Assembly (NCBI GenBank): GCA_035505915.1
Contig: DATJQI010000054.1
Span: forward strand, 29,854-93,853
Source of the DNA: Gemmatimonadales bacterium
GTDB lineage: Bacteria > Gemmatimonadota > Gemmatimonadetes > Gemmatimonadales > GWC2-71-9
Direction: 5' to 3'
Length of the DNA stretch: 64,000 bases
The notes below the pieces were generated by a model. That model did not search any database and was not told the origin of the DNA. It was given only the letters and a program-made list of their open reading frames with translations. The position numbers were made by a program, and so were the translations under genes. Below are positions 51,391 to 62,665 of the stretch, piece by piece (position 1 is the stretch's first letter; the number at the start of each line of letters is the position of its first letter).

Positions 51391-51766
51391 ACCGTTGAAG
51401 GGCGTCGTAGTGTCCCACGCGGGGCTGGCGCAGTCACTGGTGGCCGCCGCCGAGACCATCTCGGGGGTGAAGGACGCGCTCGTGCCGGTGAGCAACGAAG
51501 GGTGCGACGGGGGATCCCTCAAAGCCCGGATCGGAGAGGCCATCGGTGCCGGACCGGCGCTGGTGTTCGTCGATCTGCCGGGTGGCTCATGTCTCACCGG
51601 GGCGGTGCGCATCGCCCGGGATCAGGGTCACGGCGTCGCCGTCGTCACCGGCGTCAACCTCGCCATGCTCCTCGATTTCGTCTTCCACCGCGATCTGGCC
51701 CCGGCCGAAGCGGCGGAGCGGGCCCGGGACGCCGGCGGGCGCGCCATCCGGATTCCGCCTTCGTGA
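51383..51766 (+). CDS. PTS mannose-family EIIA component
   Basis: GVVVSHAGLA with the phosphorylatable His near the N-terminus, as in IIA-Man, and VDLPGGS. Confidence 0.8.
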   Translation: MSEPLKGVVVSHAGLAQSLVAAAETISGVKDALVPVSNEGCDGGSLKARIGEAIGAGPALVFVDLPGGSCLTGAVRIARDQGHGVAVVTGVNLAMLLDFVFHRDLAPAEAAERARDAGGRAIRIPPS

Positions 51767-52239
51767 GCATCGCCCTGGTCCGCGTGGACGACCGCCTGAT
51801 CCACGGACAGGTGGTGGTCGGCTGGGGCCAGCCCCTGGGCCTCGGCTTCATCGCGCTGGTGGACGACGGGGTGCGCGCCTCGGACTGGGAGCAGGACCTG
51901 TACCGGATGGGCGTTCCGCCGGGGATCGAGGCCATCTTCGCCTCGGTCGACGAAGCCGCCCGGCACTACGCCGAGTGGGAGCGCGACCCCCGCGTCGGCC
52001 TGGTGCTCACCGGGGACATCGACACGCTCATCGCGCTGGTGCACCGGGTCCCCGGACTGCGGCGCATCACGCTGGGGGGCCTGCACCACCGCCCCGGGCG
52101 GGTCGAGCGGCTGCGCTACGTGTACCTCACGGACGAAGAGGTCGCCAAACTCAAGGCCCTCGTGGGGCAGGGCGTGGACGTGAGCGCCCAGGACGTGCCG
52201 ACGGCCCGCGCCGTTCCCTTCGCGGATCTGACCCGGTGA
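51763..52239 (+). CDS. PTS mannose/sorbose-family EIIB component
   Basis: The N-terminus LVRVDDRLIHGQV contains the conserved phospho-His motif. Confidence 0.8.
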   Translation: MSIALVRVDDRLIHGQVVVGWGQPLGLGFIALVDDGVRASDWEQDLYRMGVPPGIEAIFASVDEAARHYAEWERDPRVGLVLTGDIDTLIALVHRVPGLRRITLGGLHHRPGRVERLRYVYLTDEEVAKLKALVGQGVDVSAQDVPTARAVPFADLTR

Positions 52240-52910
52240 CCGCAGCGATGCTCGGCGTGTTCGCCTGGGGCACCGTCGTGGGGCTGGACCTCGTGTCGCT
52301 CCCGCAGATGATGCTGGCCCGCCCGCTGGTGGCCGGGGCCGGCGCCGGCCTCCTGCTGGGCGATGTGGCCGCCGGACTCCGGCTGGGCGTGCTGTTCGAG
52401 CTCTTCCAGTTCGACATCCTTCCCGTGGGGGCCACGCGGTATCCCGAGTACGGACCCGCGACCGTCGTCGCGGTGGCGGCGGCGCACGCCTTCGCGATTC
52501 CCTTCGGGGTCGGGCTCGCGACCGTCGTGGGTCTCTTCACGGCCATGCTGGGCGGCCTGTCGCTCCAGGTCCACCGCCGCATCAACACCCGGGCGGCGAC
52601 GGCCGCGGCCCCGGCGCTGGACGCCGGGGATCGCGGAGCGCTGGTGCGGCTCCATGTGGGGGGGCTCGGCAGAGATCTCCTGCGCGGCGCCGCGGTGACC
52701 GCGGCGGGTCTGGCGCTCGCGATGCTGACCCGCGAGTTCGTGGTGCCGGCGCTGTCGCACCGCGGCGAGCGGCTCCTCTCCGTGGCCGCCACGGGCGCGG
52801 CGCTCGCGGCCGGGGCGGCGGGCACCCTGCGGATCGTGGGGCGGGGTCCCGGGCTCCGCTGGCTCGCGGCCGGTCTCACGGGCGGCATCCTGGCGGCGTG
52901 GCTGGCGTGA
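52236..52910 (+). CDS. PTS mannose/sorbose-family EIIC component
   Basis: Polytopic. RPLVAGAGAGLLLGD...ELFQF is colinear with the N-terminus of E. coli ManY. Confidence 0.7.
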   Translation: MTAAMLGVFAWGTVVGLDLVSLPQMMLARPLVAGAGAGLLLGDVAAGLRLGVLFELFQFDILPVGATRYPEYGPATVVAVAAAHAFAIPFGVGLATVVGLFTAMLGGLSLQVHRRINTRAATAAAPALDAGDRGALVRLHVGGLGRDLLRGAAVTAAGLALAMLTREFVVPALSHRGERLLSVAATGAALAAGAAGTLRIVGRGPGLRWLAAGLTGGILAAWLA

Positions 52911-53644
52911 AGCCACGACTGGGCGCGGCATTTCTCCGCCTGTTCACGGCGCAGGCCTCGTGGAATTACGAGCGCCTGATCGGCGTGGGGACGGGGTTCG
53001 CCGCGGAGCCGCTCCTCCGGCCGCTGCGCGCGGATGATGAGGCCCGGTACCACGCCGCGCTGGGCCGGGCGACGCGGTATTTCAACTCCCATCCCTATCT
53101 GACCGGGGTCGGCGTGGGAGCGCTCGCGCGGGCGGAGTGGGACGGCACGCCGCCGGAGCAGATCGAACGCCTGCGGGGCGCCCTGGCCGGGCCACTCGGC
53201 TCGATCGGCGACCGGCTGGTCTGGGCCGGCTGGGTCCCGACGCTGTCGGCGTTGACGCTCGCCGCGGTCGCGTGGGGCGTCGGACTCCGGGCGGTGGCGG
53301 CGTTCCTCCTCGTCTACAACGCGGGGCATCTCGCGCTGCGGTGGTGGGGGCTCTCCGCCGGCTGGAGCCGCGGCGCGCGGGTCGCGGGGGCGCTGCAGGC
53401 GCCCTGGATCCGCCGGGCGGGCGAGATTCTGGGACCCGTCACGGCGCTCGCCCTGGGGTTCGCGCTGCCGCTCGTGGCGGTGTGGTCGGGCGAGGCGTTC
53501 CGCGGGTGGGCGCGGATCACGCTGGCGGTCACGGCCGCGGTGACGTTCGGCCTGCTGCGCTGGCGCCCGGACGTGCTCAGCGGGCTGCGGCTCGGACTCG
53601 TCCTGGTGGTCGTGGCGCTGATCGCGGGGATCGTGTGGCGGTGA
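52907..53644 (+). CDS. PTS mannose/sorbose-family EIID component
   Basis: QASWNYERL...FNSHPY...GPLGSIGD is colinear with E. coli ManZ. The start is GTG at 52907 (GTGA overlap) or GTG at 52898. Confidence 0.7.
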   Translation: MKPRLGAAFLRLFTAQASWNYERLIGVGTGFAAEPLLRPLRADDEARYHAALGRATRYFNSHPYLTGVGVGALARAEWDGTPPEQIERLRGALAGPLGSIGDRLVWAGWVPTLSALTLAAVAWGVGLRAVAAFLLVYNAGHLALRWWGLSAGWSRGARVAGALQAPWIRRAGEILGPVTALALGFALPLVAVWSGEAFRGWARITLAVTAAVTFGLLRWRPDVLSGLRLGLVLVVVALIAGIVWR

Positions 53645-53919
53645 TGGAGCGGGAGGCGCTCATCGTCAACCCCCTGGGCGTGCACGCGCGTCCGGCGGCG
53701 GAGTTCGTCAAGACCGCCGGCAGGTTCGCATCCGCCATCGAAGTCCGGCGCGGAGACGTGTCGGTGAACGGCAAGAGCATCATGGGCGTCATGATGCTCG
53801 CCGCCGAGCAGGGCGCGACCATCGTGATCAGCGCGACGGGAGACGACGCCGCCGCCGCCCTGGACGCGCTCTGCGCGCTGGTGGCGGCCGGCTTCAACGA
53901 AATGGATCTCACCGAATGA
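53644..53919 (+). CDS. ptsH: phosphocarrier protein HPr
   Basis: GVHARPA (His15 site) and NGKSIMGVM (Ser46 site). Confidence 0.88.
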   Translation: MEREALIVNPLGVHARPAAEFVKTAGRFASAIEVRRGDVSVNGKSIMGVMMLAAEQGATIVISATGDDAAAALDALCALVAAGFNEMDLTE

Positions 53920-55715
53920 GCGAACGCACGTTGCGCGGGATCGGCGTGTCTCCGGGGATCGCCATCGGGCCGGCGGTCACGGTGCAGACGACGCTGCCCG
54001 AAGTTCCCCATCGGGTGGTGCCGCGGACCCAGGTGGAGAAGGAAGTCCGCCGCCTCCGCGCCGCGGTGCGGGACGTGAAGCGCCACCTGGAGGAGCTCCG
54101 GGAGCGCGCCGAGGCGCAGGCCGGGCCGGACGAGGCCCGGATCTTCGACGCACAGATCATGATGCTCGAGGACCGGCAGTTCCTCGGCTCGGTCGAAGCC
54201 CTGATCCGCAAGAACCACCTCACGGCCGAGAAAGCCTACGAGTACCAGGCGCTGGAAGTGCGGGACGCCTGGGCCGCGACCACCAGCCCGCGGCTCAAGG
54301 AGCGGCTCGCCGACCTGAACGGCGTCACCATTCAGGTGGTGCGCCACCTCCTGCACCGCGGCGACCCCGTGGTCGGCGGGATCGAGGAGCCGTCCATCCT
54401 CGTGGCGCACGAGCTGGCGCCCGGCGTGACGGTGCAGTTCGAGCGGGACCGCGTCGTGGGGCTCGTGAGTGAAGAGGGCACCCGCACCTCCCACGCCGCC
54501 ATTCTGGCCCACTCGCTGGGCCTGCCGGCCGTGATGGGTCTCACGGGGGCGCTCGAGCGCATCACCACCGGCACGATGCTGATCGTGGACGGCACCCGGG
54601 GGATGGTCATCCTCGATCCCACCGGAGAAGAGGTCGCCGCCGCCCGGGCCCTGGATGCGCGCCGGAAGCAGATCGCGCGGCAGGCCGAGGAGGGGGCGGG
54701 GCTTCCGGCCGTCACCACCGACGGGGCCCGCGTCAACGTGCGGGGCAACGTCGACCTCCCCGAGGAGATCGCGGCGGCGCGGGAGCACGGGGCGGAAGGC
54801 GTGGGCCTCCTGCGGACGGAGTTCTTGATCACGGGCCACACCAGCCTTCCGACGGAGGACGAGCAGGCCGCGTACTTCCGGCGGGTGGGGGAGGCGTTCC
54901 CGGGGCATCCGATCGTGATCCGCACCTACGATCTGGGGGGCGACAAGTTCCCCGCGCCGTTCCGCGCGCCGCCGGAGGCCAATCCGTTCCTGGGCTGGCG
55001 GGCGATCCGCGTCTGCCTCGATCAGCCCGAGATGTTCCGGGTGCAGATCCGCGCCATCCTGCGGGCGGGGGCGCACGTGCCGGTGCATCTGATGATCCCG
55101 CTCGTCACGCGGCTGGCCGAAGTCGAGACGACGCGAGAAATGGTGGCCGAGGAAGCGGAGGGTCTCAAGCAGCGGGGGATCGCGGCCGCCGACACCGTGC
55201 CGGTGGGCGTGATGGTCGAGACGCCGGCGGCCGCCGTGATGGCCGACCGGCTCGCCGAGATCTCCGATTTCCTGTCGGTGGGGACGAACGACCTCACGCA
55301 GTACACGCTGGCCGTGGACCGCAGCAACGCGAGACTGGCGGACCGGTTCACGCCTCACGATCCGAGCGTGCTCCGCCTGCTCAAGCTGGTGGCGGAAGCG
55401 GCGCGGGCCGCCGGCAAGCCGGCGAGCGTGTGCGGCGAGATGGCGTCCGAGCCCATCTCCGCGTTCCTGCTCCTGGGGCTCGGTTACGAGACGCTGTCGG
55501 TGGCGCCGCCGGCGCTCCCGCTCATCCGGTGGCTGGTGCGGCAGGTGAGCCGTGAGCAGGCGATGTCGGCGGCGGCCGCGGCGCTCGCGACGCGCTCCGC
55601 GGACCTGGCGCTCGACATCCTGCGCTACGCGCTGGCGGAAGCGGTGGACATCAAACTCATCGACCCCGACGCGCGGTTGCCCGGGGCACGCACCTCGGCT
55701 AGCTTGCGCAGCTAA
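53916..55715 (+). CDS. ptsI: phosphoenolpyruvate--protein phosphotransferase (Enzyme I)
   Basis: [19 protein letters not shown] phospho-His motif and GTNDLTQY. Confidence 0.9.
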   Translation: MSERTLRGIGVSPGIAIGPAVTVQTTLPEVPHRVVPRTQVEKEVRRLRAAVRDVKRHLEELRERAEAQAGPDEARIFDAQIMMLEDRQFLGSVEALIRKNHLTAEKAYEYQALEVRDAWAATTSPRLKERLADLNGVTIQVVRHLLHRGDPVVGGIEEPSILVAHELAPGVTVQFERDRVVGLVSEEGTRTSHAAILAHSLGLPAVMGLTGALERITTGTMLIVDGTRGMVILDPTGEEVAAARALDARRKQIARQAEEGAGLPAVTTDGARVNVRGNVDLPEEIAAAREHGAEGVGLLRTEFLITGHTSLPTEDEQAAYFRRVGEAFPGHPIVIRTYDLGGDKFPAPFRAPPEANPFLGWRAIRVCLDQPEMFRVQIRAILRAGAHVPVHLMIPLVTRLAEVETTREMVAEEAEGLKQRGIAAADTVPVGVMVETPAAAVMADRLAEISDFLSVGTNDLTQYTLAVDRSNARLADRFTPHDPSVLRLLKLVAEAARAAGKPASVCGEMASEPISAFLLLGLGYETLSVAPPALPLIRWLVRQVSREQAMSAAAAALATRSADLALDILRYALAEAVDIKLIDPDARLPGARTSASLRS

Positions 55716-55732
55716 AGGGGGAAGCACTCGCT

Positions 55733-58272
<2,540 letters not shown>

Positions 58273-58280
58273 GGGCCCGC

Positions 58281-58793
58281 GTGAAGGAAGTCCGCGTCGC
58301 CAACCTGGGTCTCGACCGGACCAACAACACCCCTGTCGTGATCCTCCGCGAGTCCGATGGCGACCGGGTGCTCCCGATCTGGATCGGGCCCGCGGAGGCG
58401 AGCGCCATCGCGATGGAGCTCGCGGGGGTCAAGTCGTCGCGTCCCCTCACGCACGATCTGCTCAAGCAGGTCATCGTCGGGCTGGGCGCCGAGCTCCGCA
58501 AGATCGTCATCACGGCGGTGAAGGACAGCACCTACTACGCCGAGCTGCACCTCTACCGGGGCGATCAGGTGATCCAGATCGACGCCCGCCCCTCCGACTC
58601 GATCGCGCTGGCGCTGCGGCTCCAGGCCCCCATCCTGACGGCGGATGAGCTGCTGCAGCACACCGTGATCGAGACCACCGATACGATCGGCGAAGGCCCG
58701 GGCGGCGGCGCGGCGGGACCGATGGACGCCGATACGCTCAAGACTTACCTCCAGAACCTCGATCCTGAAGACTTCGGCAAGTTCACGCCGTAG
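58281..58793 (+). CDS. bifunctional nuclease (DUF151) family protein
   Basis: VVILRE....VLPIWIG..EA.AIA and RPLTHDL motifs, plus an acidic C-terminal tail. Confidence 0.75.
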   Translation: MKEVRVANLGLDRTNNTPVVILRESDGDRVLPIWIGPAEASAIAMELAGVKSSRPLTHDLLKQVIVGLGAELRKIVITAVKDSTYYAELHLYRGDQVIQIDARPSDSIALALRLQAPILTADELLQHTVIETTDTIGEGPGGGAAGPMDADTLKTYLQNLDPEDFGKFTP

Positions 58794-58869
58794 CGCGTCG
58801 CTGTTCCTGGCGCTGACGCTGGGAGCGGCCGCGGCCGGCGCGGGGCAGGGACTGACCCTGACCGGCGCG

Positions 58870-59748
58870 GTGACGCTGGGCGCGACGCACCCCCGGCCGT
58901 ATACGAGCGGCTGGGTCGTGCTGCACCGCGTGACGATGACGGCGCAGGGCCCCATCGACTCCGCGCGGCTCGACCCGCGGGGGCGCTACCGGCTGCGGAT
59001 CGGGGCCGTGGATTCCGTCGCGACCTATCTCGTCAGCGTCTTCCACGACGGCGTGGCGTACTTCAGCCAGCCCATCACCGCCGGCCACTTCCCGCGCTCG
59101 GCGATCGACACGCTGCGGGTCTTCGACACGACGACGGTCGGACCGCCGCTCACGGTCCGGCGGCGCCTGCTGTCGGTGGCGGCCCCCAAGCCGGACGGCT
59201 CGCGGGACGTGCTCGAGCTCCAGGAGCTCGAGAACCCCGGCGACAAGACCCGCATCGCCGCGGACACCCTGCATCCCGTCTGGACCGGCGTCCTGCCGGC
59301 GGGGGCGTTGCAGTTCTCCGTCGGGCAGGGCGACTTCTCGAGCGAGGCCGTCGCCCGGCACGCCGACACCGTGGCGCTCTTCGGCGCGGTGCAGCCCGGG
59401 GGCGCGCGGCAACTGGCGTACAACTACCTCCTCGCCGGCGGGGTCCGGACCTGGATGCTGCCGGTGGACCATCCGCTCGAGAAGATCCTGATTCTCCTCG
59501 AGGACACGACCGCGCGGGTCACGGGGCCCGGGTTGCGCGCCCTGGGCGTGCGTCCCATCGAAGGCCGGCACTTCGTCGAGTACGAGATCGACGACGTCCG
59601 CACGGGCGCGCTGATCGCGATCGAATTCCCGCGGGGCCCGTTCCGCGTCGAGTCGCTCATCCCGTTCATCGCCGCCGCGCTCGGCCTGCTCCTCGCGCTC
59701 GGATTCTGGTGGGCGCTGCGGCGGCCGGCGAAAGCACCCGCCGCCTGA
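58870..59748 (+). CDS. hypothetical membrane-anchored protein; the true start is probably upstream
   Basis: C-terminal TM helix LIPFIAAALGLLLALGFWW. The frame is open upstream and encodes a signal-peptide-like RRSASLFLALTLGAAAAGAG with no ATG, GTG or TTG. Confidence 0.5.
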   Translation: MTLGATHPRPYTSGWVVLHRVTMTAQGPIDSARLDPRGRYRLRIGAVDSVATYLVSVFHDGVAYFSQPITAGHFPRSAIDTLRVFDTTTVGPPLTVRRRLLSVAAPKPDGSRDVLELQELENPGDKTRIAADTLHPVWTGVLPAGALQFSVGQGDFSSEAVARHADTVALFGAVQPGGARQLAYNYLLAGGVRTWMLPVDHPLEKILILLEDTTARVTGPGLRALGVRPIEGRHFVEYEIDDVRTGALIAIEFPRGPFRVESLIPFIAAALGLLLALGFWWALRRPAKAPAA

Positions 59749-59753
59749 CGCGC

Positions 59754-59782
59754 TTGCCCTTTCCGGGCGCGTTCGCTAGCAT
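59754..59782 (+). promoter_or_regulatory. sigma70-like promoter: TTGCCC, 17 nt spacer, TAGCAT; upstream of the cobalamin riboswitch
   Basis: TTGCCC 59754-59759 and TAGCAT 59777-59782. The P1 helix starts at 59799. Confidence 0.5.
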
Positions 59783-59798
59783 AGGTCCGTCGTCGTTT

Positions 59799-59941
59799 CG
59801 CGAACGCGGGATTCACGGAAGCCGGTGCAAGTCCGGCGCGGCCCCGCCACTGTAACGGGCAAGAGCGATCGGCTCCACGCCACTGGGAAACCGGGAAGGC
59901 GGAGCCGAGCGGCCCGAAGCCAGGAGACCTCCCCGTTCGCG
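59799..59941 (+). promoter_or_regulatory. cobalamin (B12) riboswitch aptamer
   Basis: P1 helix CGCGAACG (59799-59806) pairs with CGTTCGCG (59934-59941). Conserved core GGTGCAAGTCCGG...GCCACTGTAA, GCCACTGGGAA...GGGAAGG, and B12 box AAGCCAGGAGACCT (59917-59930). Confidence 0.85.
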
Positions 59942-60002
59942 CCACCTGCAATTCCCTCGCGGGAGGGATGGTGGCGCCTGCGCACTAGGGCGCGGTCGCT
60001 GA

Positions 60003-60034
60003 CCCATCTCCGTTCCGGCGGGGATGGGTTTCTT
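60003..60034 (+). terminator. riboswitch expression platform: intrinsic terminator hairpin that also covers the RBS region
   Basis: CCCATCTCCG (60003-60012) pairs with CGGGGATGGG (60019-60028), with loop TTCCGG. It is followed by TTTCTT and ends 6 nt before the ATG at 60040. Confidence 0.6.
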
Positions 60035-60039
60035 GGCTC

Positions 60040-60930
60040 ATGGGCCGTTCGTCGCTGCGCCGCTGGACCGCCGCCCTCCTGATCCTCGGGGCCTGCGCCC
60101 CCCGCCACCGACATCCCCGGCTGGTCCGTGCCCCGTCCGTCACCGACGACGCCGGCCGGACCGTCACCCTGGCGGCGCCCGCCCAGCGCGTGGTCTCGCT
60201 CGCGCCCTCGTCCACCGAGCTGCTCTTCGCGGTCGGCGCCGGCCGGCAGGTCGTGGGGCGCACCACCTGGTGCCGGTATCCCCCCGCGGCTCTCTCGGTC
60301 CCGGTGGTGGGCGACGGGCTCGAGCCGAACATCGAGAGCGTGGCGGCGGTCCACCCCGACCTCGTGGTCCTGTATCGCTCACCCTCCAACGGCGCGGCGC
60401 TCACCCAGCTCGAGCAGCTCGGGATTCCGGCCGTGGTGCTCCGGCAGGACCGGCTGGAGGACGTGGCGCGCGACGCGCGGCTCCTCGGTACCCTGACGGG
60501 GCATCCGGCCGTCGGGGACTCCGTGGCCCAGACGCTGGATGTGGTCACCGCGGGGCGGCCGCCCGTGGCCCACGTGCACATCGCGTACGTAGTCTGGGAC
60601 AGCCCGCCGATCGTCATCGGGGCGGGGAGCTTCCTCGACCAGCTGGGTACCCTCGCCGGCGCGCAGAACGTCTTCCACGATCTGCGCCCGGCCTCGGCCC
60701 CGGTCTCCCTCGAGAGCCTCGCGTCCCGCAATCCGGACGTCATCGCGGTGGTGGACGATTCGTCGGCGGCCGCGACCCCGTCGTTCGCGCAGCGTCCCGA
60801 GTGGAAGGCGGTCCCGGCGGTCAGAGCGGGGCGCATCCTCCATCTGCCGGGTGACCTCTTCGGCCGCCCGAGTCCGCGGGCCGCCCAGGCGATCGCGGCG
60901 TTCGCGCGCCTCCTGAATACGGCCAAATGA
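60040..60930 (+). CDS. ABC transporter periplasmic binding protein, cobalamin/siderophore class (BtuF-like)
   Basis: Lipobox-like LILGAC, then RVVSLAPSSTELLFAVGAG..VVG. It is directly downstream of the B12 riboswitch. Confidence 0.8.
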   Translation: MGRSSLRRWTAALLILGACAPRHRHPRLVRAPSVTDDAGRTVTLAAPAQRVVSLAPSSTELLFAVGAGRQVVGRTTWCRYPPAALSVPVVGDGLEPNIESVAAVHPDLVVLYRSPSNGAALTQLEQLGIPAVVLRQDRLEDVARDARLLGTLTGHPAVGDSVAQTLDVVTAGRPPVAHVHIAYVVWDSPPIVIGAGSFLDQLGTLAGAQNVFHDLRPASAPVSLESLASRNPDVIAVVDDSSAAATPSFAQRPEWKAVPAVRAGRILHLPGDLFGRPSPRAAQAIAAFARLLNTAK

Positions 60931-61868
60931 AGTGGGGCGGGCTGGTGGGGGCGGCGCTCCTCACCCTGACGCTGGCCGTGGTCCTCGGCCCCACGCGGAT
61001 CCCGTTGGGGGAGCTCGCGGGGTCCGAGATCGTGCGGGATCTGCGCGTCCCCCGGGCTCTCCTCGGGTTTCTGGTGGGCGGGTCCCTCGCCGTATCGGGC
61101 GCCGGCCTGCAGGCGCTGGTGCGCAATCCCCTCGCCGACCCGTTTCTCCTCGGGCTCTCGGGTGGGGCCGGCCTGGGCGCCGTCGGAGCCATCGCGCTCC
61201 GGCTCCCCGGCCCCTGGGCGCTCCCGATCGCGGCGTTCGCGGGCGCGCTGGCGGCGATGGCACTCGTGTACCGGCTGGCGCTCGTGAGCGGCGCCGCGCT
61301 CGATCCCCGCGTCCTCCTGCTCGCCGGAGTCGTGGTCGGCTCGTTCGCCGCGGCCATCACCACGGCCATCGTCTCGCTGTCCGAGGCCGAGCAGCTGCGG
61401 AACGCCTTCCTGTGGCTGTGGGGAGGATTGTCGGGCGCGTCCTGGACCACGGTGGGCGTCCTCGCGGTCTACCTCCCCCTCCCGCTGCTGCTCCTGCTCG
61501 GCTCGGCGCGGTCGCTCGACCTGATGGCCCTCGGAGACGAGCCGGCCGGCTACCTGGGCGCGGACGTCACCCGGGTCCGGCGGCGCGTGTACCTCGCGGC
61601 GTCCCTGCTCACCGCCGCCGCGGTCGCGGTGTCGGGAGTCATCGGCTTCGTCGGTCTCATCATCCCGCACGTGGGCCGGATGGGCTGGGGACACCGGCAC
61701 CGGACCCTCCTCCCGGTGTCGTTCCTGGGCGGCGGGGTGCTCCTCGTGCTCGCCGACACCCTGGCGCGCACGGCCGTGGCGCCCCGCGAGCTCCCGGTGG
61801 GGATCGTGACGGCGCTGATCGGCGTGCCGGTGTTCGCGCTCCTGCTCCGGCGCTGGGTCCGGGCGTGA
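60927..61868 (+). CDS. FecCD-family ABC permease (BtuC-like)
   Basis: Polytopic, with RVPRALLGFLVGGSLAVSGAGLQALVRNPLADP and GVIGFVGLIIPH motifs. Confidence 0.85.
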   Translation: MKWGGLVGAALLTLTLAVVLGPTRIPLGELAGSEIVRDLRVPRALLGFLVGGSLAVSGAGLQALVRNPLADPFLLGLSGGAGLGAVGAIALRLPGPWALPIAAFAGALAAMALVYRLALVSGAALDPRVLLLAGVVVGSFAAAITTAIVSLSEAEQLRNAFLWLWGGLSGASWTTVGVLAVYLPLPLLLLLGSARSLDLMALGDEPAGYLGADVTRVRRRVYLAASLLTAAAVAVSGVIGFVGLIIPHVGRMGWGHRHRTLLPVSFLGGGVLLVLADTLARTAVAPRELPVGIVTALIGVPVFALLLRRWVRA

Positions 61869-62665
61869 TCCTCGAGCTCGACGGCGTCACCGCACGGTAT
61901 CCCGGCGCGGAGCGGGACGCCCTCACCGGCGTGACCCTGGGCGTGGCCAAGGGCGAGCTGCTCGCGGTACTGGGGCCCAACGGCTCCGGAAAGACCACCC
62001 TGATCCGCGTCGCGCTGGGGGCCATGAAGCCGGCGGCCGGGGTGGCCCGCGTCTCGGGCCGGCCCGCGCACGAGTGGGACCGCCGGGCTCTGGCCCGCGT
62101 CGCGGCCGTCGTGACTCAGCGGGAGGAGACGGCGTTCCCCCAGCGGGTGCGCGACGCGGTGCTCTTGGGGCGGTACCCGCATCTTCCGCCCTTCACCGCG
62201 CCCCGCGCGGCCGACCGCGCCGCGGTCCGGGACGCGCTCGCCGCCTGCGACGCGGAGGACCTGGCCGGGCGCTGGATCGAGACGCTGTCCGGCGGGGAAC
62301 ACCAGCGGGTACGCCTGGCCCGGGCGCTGGCCCAGGAGCCGGAGCTCCTGGTGCTCGATGAGCCGACCGCCTCCCTCGACGTGCGCCACGAGATGGCGCT
62401 TTTCGAGCAGATCCGGAGCCTCGTGGACGCCCGCGGGCTCGCCGCACTGGTGATCACGCACCAGGTCAACCTGGCCGCCCGCTTCGCCGACCGCGTGGTG
62501 CTCCTGTCCGGTGGCGCACCGGCGGGGGCGGGGACACCGGCGAACGTGCTCACCCGGGAGACGGTCGAGCGGGTGTTCGACTGGCCGGTGGCGATCCAGT
62601 CGTTCGACGGTCGCCCGCAGATGGTGCCCCTGCGTCGTGTCCTTCCTTCCCATCGGAGCAGCTGA
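61865..62665 (+). CDS. ABC transporter ATP-binding protein (BtuD/FepC-like)
   Basis: Walker A GPNGSGKTT, signature LSGGEHQR and Walker B LLVLDEPT. Confidence 0.88.
   Translation: MILELDGVTARYPGAERDALTGVTLGVAKGELLAVLGPNGSGKTTLIRVALGAMKPAAGVARVSGRPAHEWDRRALARVAAVVTQREETAFPQRVRDAVLLGRYPHLPPFTAPRAADRAAVRDALAACDAEDLAGRWIETLSGGEHQRVRLARALAQEPELLVLDEPTASLDVRHEMALFEQIRSLVDARGLAALVITHQVNLAARFADRVVLLSGGAPAGAGTPANVLTRETVERVFDWPVAIQSFDGRPQMVPLRRVLPSHRSS

Noticed and set aside
52898-52906. The longer EIID start at GTG 52898 listed in the ORF track
   Set aside because: GTG 52907 gives the GTGA stop-start overlap used throughout this operon, and the ManZ-like homology begins after it. The choice remains uncertain.
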